Assembly (NCBI GenBank): GCA_963667565.1
Contig: OY763415.1
Coordinates: forward strand, 672,001-736,000
Direction of reading: 5' to 3'
Source of the DNA: Acholeplasmataceae bacterium
GTDB lineage: Bacteria; Bacillota_I; Bacilli_A; Acholeplasmatales; Acholeplasmataceae
Length of the DNA: 64,000 nucleotides
Every line of letters begins with the position of its first letter. The first letter of the stretch is position 1. Below the pieces are notes generated by a model. It was given only the letters and a program-made list of their open reading frames with translations, ran no database searches and was not told the origin of the DNA. A program made the translations under genes and the position numbers. Shown piece by piece: positions 62,740 to 64,000 of this stretch.

Positions 62740-62807
62740 TGATATCTCTTCCTTTCAATGTCATTTTAGTGTATAATACTATTGAAATTAAGGACGAGGT
62801 GATTACA

Positions 62808-62984
62808 TTGGACAAAAAAGTTTCAAAAAATAATACTCAAGTATCAAACCATCCAAATCAAAAACACTACCAAAATCCTACTGAAACATGGTGGGGTAAA
62901 ATCGTAGTTTGGATTTTACTATTTGGAATGGTTGGACTCATCATCCTATCATTTGTACTTGCAGTCATGTCAGGAACAGCATAA
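62808..62984 (+). CDS. Small single-TM protein (58 aa, TTG start)
   Basis: GAGGTG SD, hydrophobic C-terminus and downstream hairpin. Confidence 0.7.
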   Translation: MDKKVSKNNTQVSNHPNQKHYQNPTETWWGKIVVWILLFGMVGLIILSFVLAVMSGTA

Positions 62985-63024
62985 TCCATTTGAAGAAATA
63001 TAGGTGCCTAGGCACCTTTTTTCT

Positions 63025-64000
63025 TTACTCTAATCCAAGTAATATCTTCGCTTGTCCGATTGCATAATGCGATAGTTTCTCATCAGAGAGCATCATCGCA
63101 ATATTTGTTATTCTATCATCAATAGAAAGAAGGTTAATTCTCGTGACCATTCTTTCTTTTTCTTTATGTTTTGTAATGCCAAAATGTTGATCTGCTTTTG
63201 CAGCAACTTGTGGAAGATGCGTGATCACAATAAGTTGCATCAATTCGCTTAATGAAGCCATTTTTGTAGCAACTTTTGCAGCAGTTTTACCTGAGATACC
63301 AATGTCAATTTCATCTAATATAAGTAGAGAAAGATGGTTAGCTTTTGCATAAATTGACTTTAAGGCAAACATAAATCTTGCACGCTCTCCTCCACTTGCA
63401 ACTTTAGCTAATGGTTTTACGGGTTCACCTTCATTAAGTGATATCATGAACTCAACTTGTTCAATACCAGTTTCTAAAAAATGTGCATTTTCTTTATTTG
63501 GTACATCAAATAGAATATCAAATGTTGCTTTATCTAAATCTAAATCCTTAAGCTCATTTAATAAATCCTTTGCCAGTTGTTTTGCAAGTTTTTTTCTTAA
63601 TTCAACAAGCTTTAAACCTTTTTGATATGTATCATCAAAAGCTTGATCTAATTTCTTTTTAGATTCAATCACATATTGATCATAGTTTGTAATTCTTAAC
63701 AATTCATCTTTAATATGTTCAAGATATACGATCAATTCATCAATCGTTTTTTGATACTTTTGTTCTATTTTTTGAAGTTCATAAGAACGTTCTTGCATAA
63801 TATTAAATTCTTCTTGATCAAAATCTAGTGATTCAATGACATCATATATTTTTGATTTGACATCATCAATTTCATAATAACTACTTTCTAATCGTTCTTT
63901 CATATCTACATAGATTTGATCAATATCAGTTAATCTAGAAATATGTTTACTTGCTTCATATAATTCATCTAAGTTAAATGTTTGTCCTTCAAGCAATTGA
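63025..64000 (-). CDS. recN: DNA repair protein RecN (C-terminal part)
   Basis: ASGGE, DEIDIGISG and ITHLPQVAA. Confidence 0.95.
   Translation of the reverse strand, partial: QLLEGQTFNLDELYEASKHISRLTDIDQIYVDMKERLESSYYEIDDVKSKIYDVIESLDFDQEEFNIMQERSYELQKIEQKYQKTIDELIVYLEHIKDELLRITNYDQYVIESKKKLDQAFDDTYQKGLKLVELRKKLAKQLAKDLLNELKDLDLDKATFDILFDVPNKENAHFLETGIEQVEFMISLNEGEPVKPLAKVASGGERARFMFALKSIYAKANHLSLLILDEIDIGISGKTAAKVATKMASLSELMQLIVITHLPQVAAKADQHFGITKHKEKERMVTRINLLSIDDRITNIAMMLSDEKLSHYAIGQAKILLGLE

Noticed and set aside
1..64000. CRISPR array, IS element, prophage or rRNA
   Set aside because: No regularly spaced repeats, transposase/integrase or rRNA-like sequence recognised.

Overview
AT-rich bacterial chromosome segment. 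It uses the standard code (TGG=Trp, TGA=stop), and the gene content and style suggest a Mollicute of the Acholeplasmatales/Izemoplasmatales type (inference). 1-11.4 kb is a Wzy-type surface-polysaccharide locus: GTs, rmlA/C/B, an epimerase-RmlD fusion, a priming transferase, an O-antigen ligase/polymerase-like gene and CpsB/C/D. 13.9-23.2 kb is the most interesting part, a cyclase-less, lasso-like RiPP cassette. It has an unannotated 40-aa YxxP-leader precursor (18863-18985, minus), a PqqD/RRE, an S24/S26 peptidase, an HPr-kinase-like kinase, a nucleotidyltransferase and an ABC exporter, interleaved with a frameshifted surface nuclease and a lipoprotein. Directly after it lie two predicted minus-strand sRNAs. 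The larger has three C-rich segments complementary to the hairpin loops of the cps leader and to the translation-initiation regions of the precursor, kinase and polysaccharide genes. The rest is mostly housekeeping or transport: YtrA-type ABC, rlmD, HssRS-like TCS with MacB-like ABC, ackA, trmL, pncB, cls, tRNA-Leu(CAA), argS, purAB, glgA, a BspA-like surface protein, nfo, a DEAD helicase, ispH, dinB with an apparent ATT start, and recN. No CRISPR, rRNA or transposase was seen. All calls are from reading the sequence by eye; no searches or folding were run.
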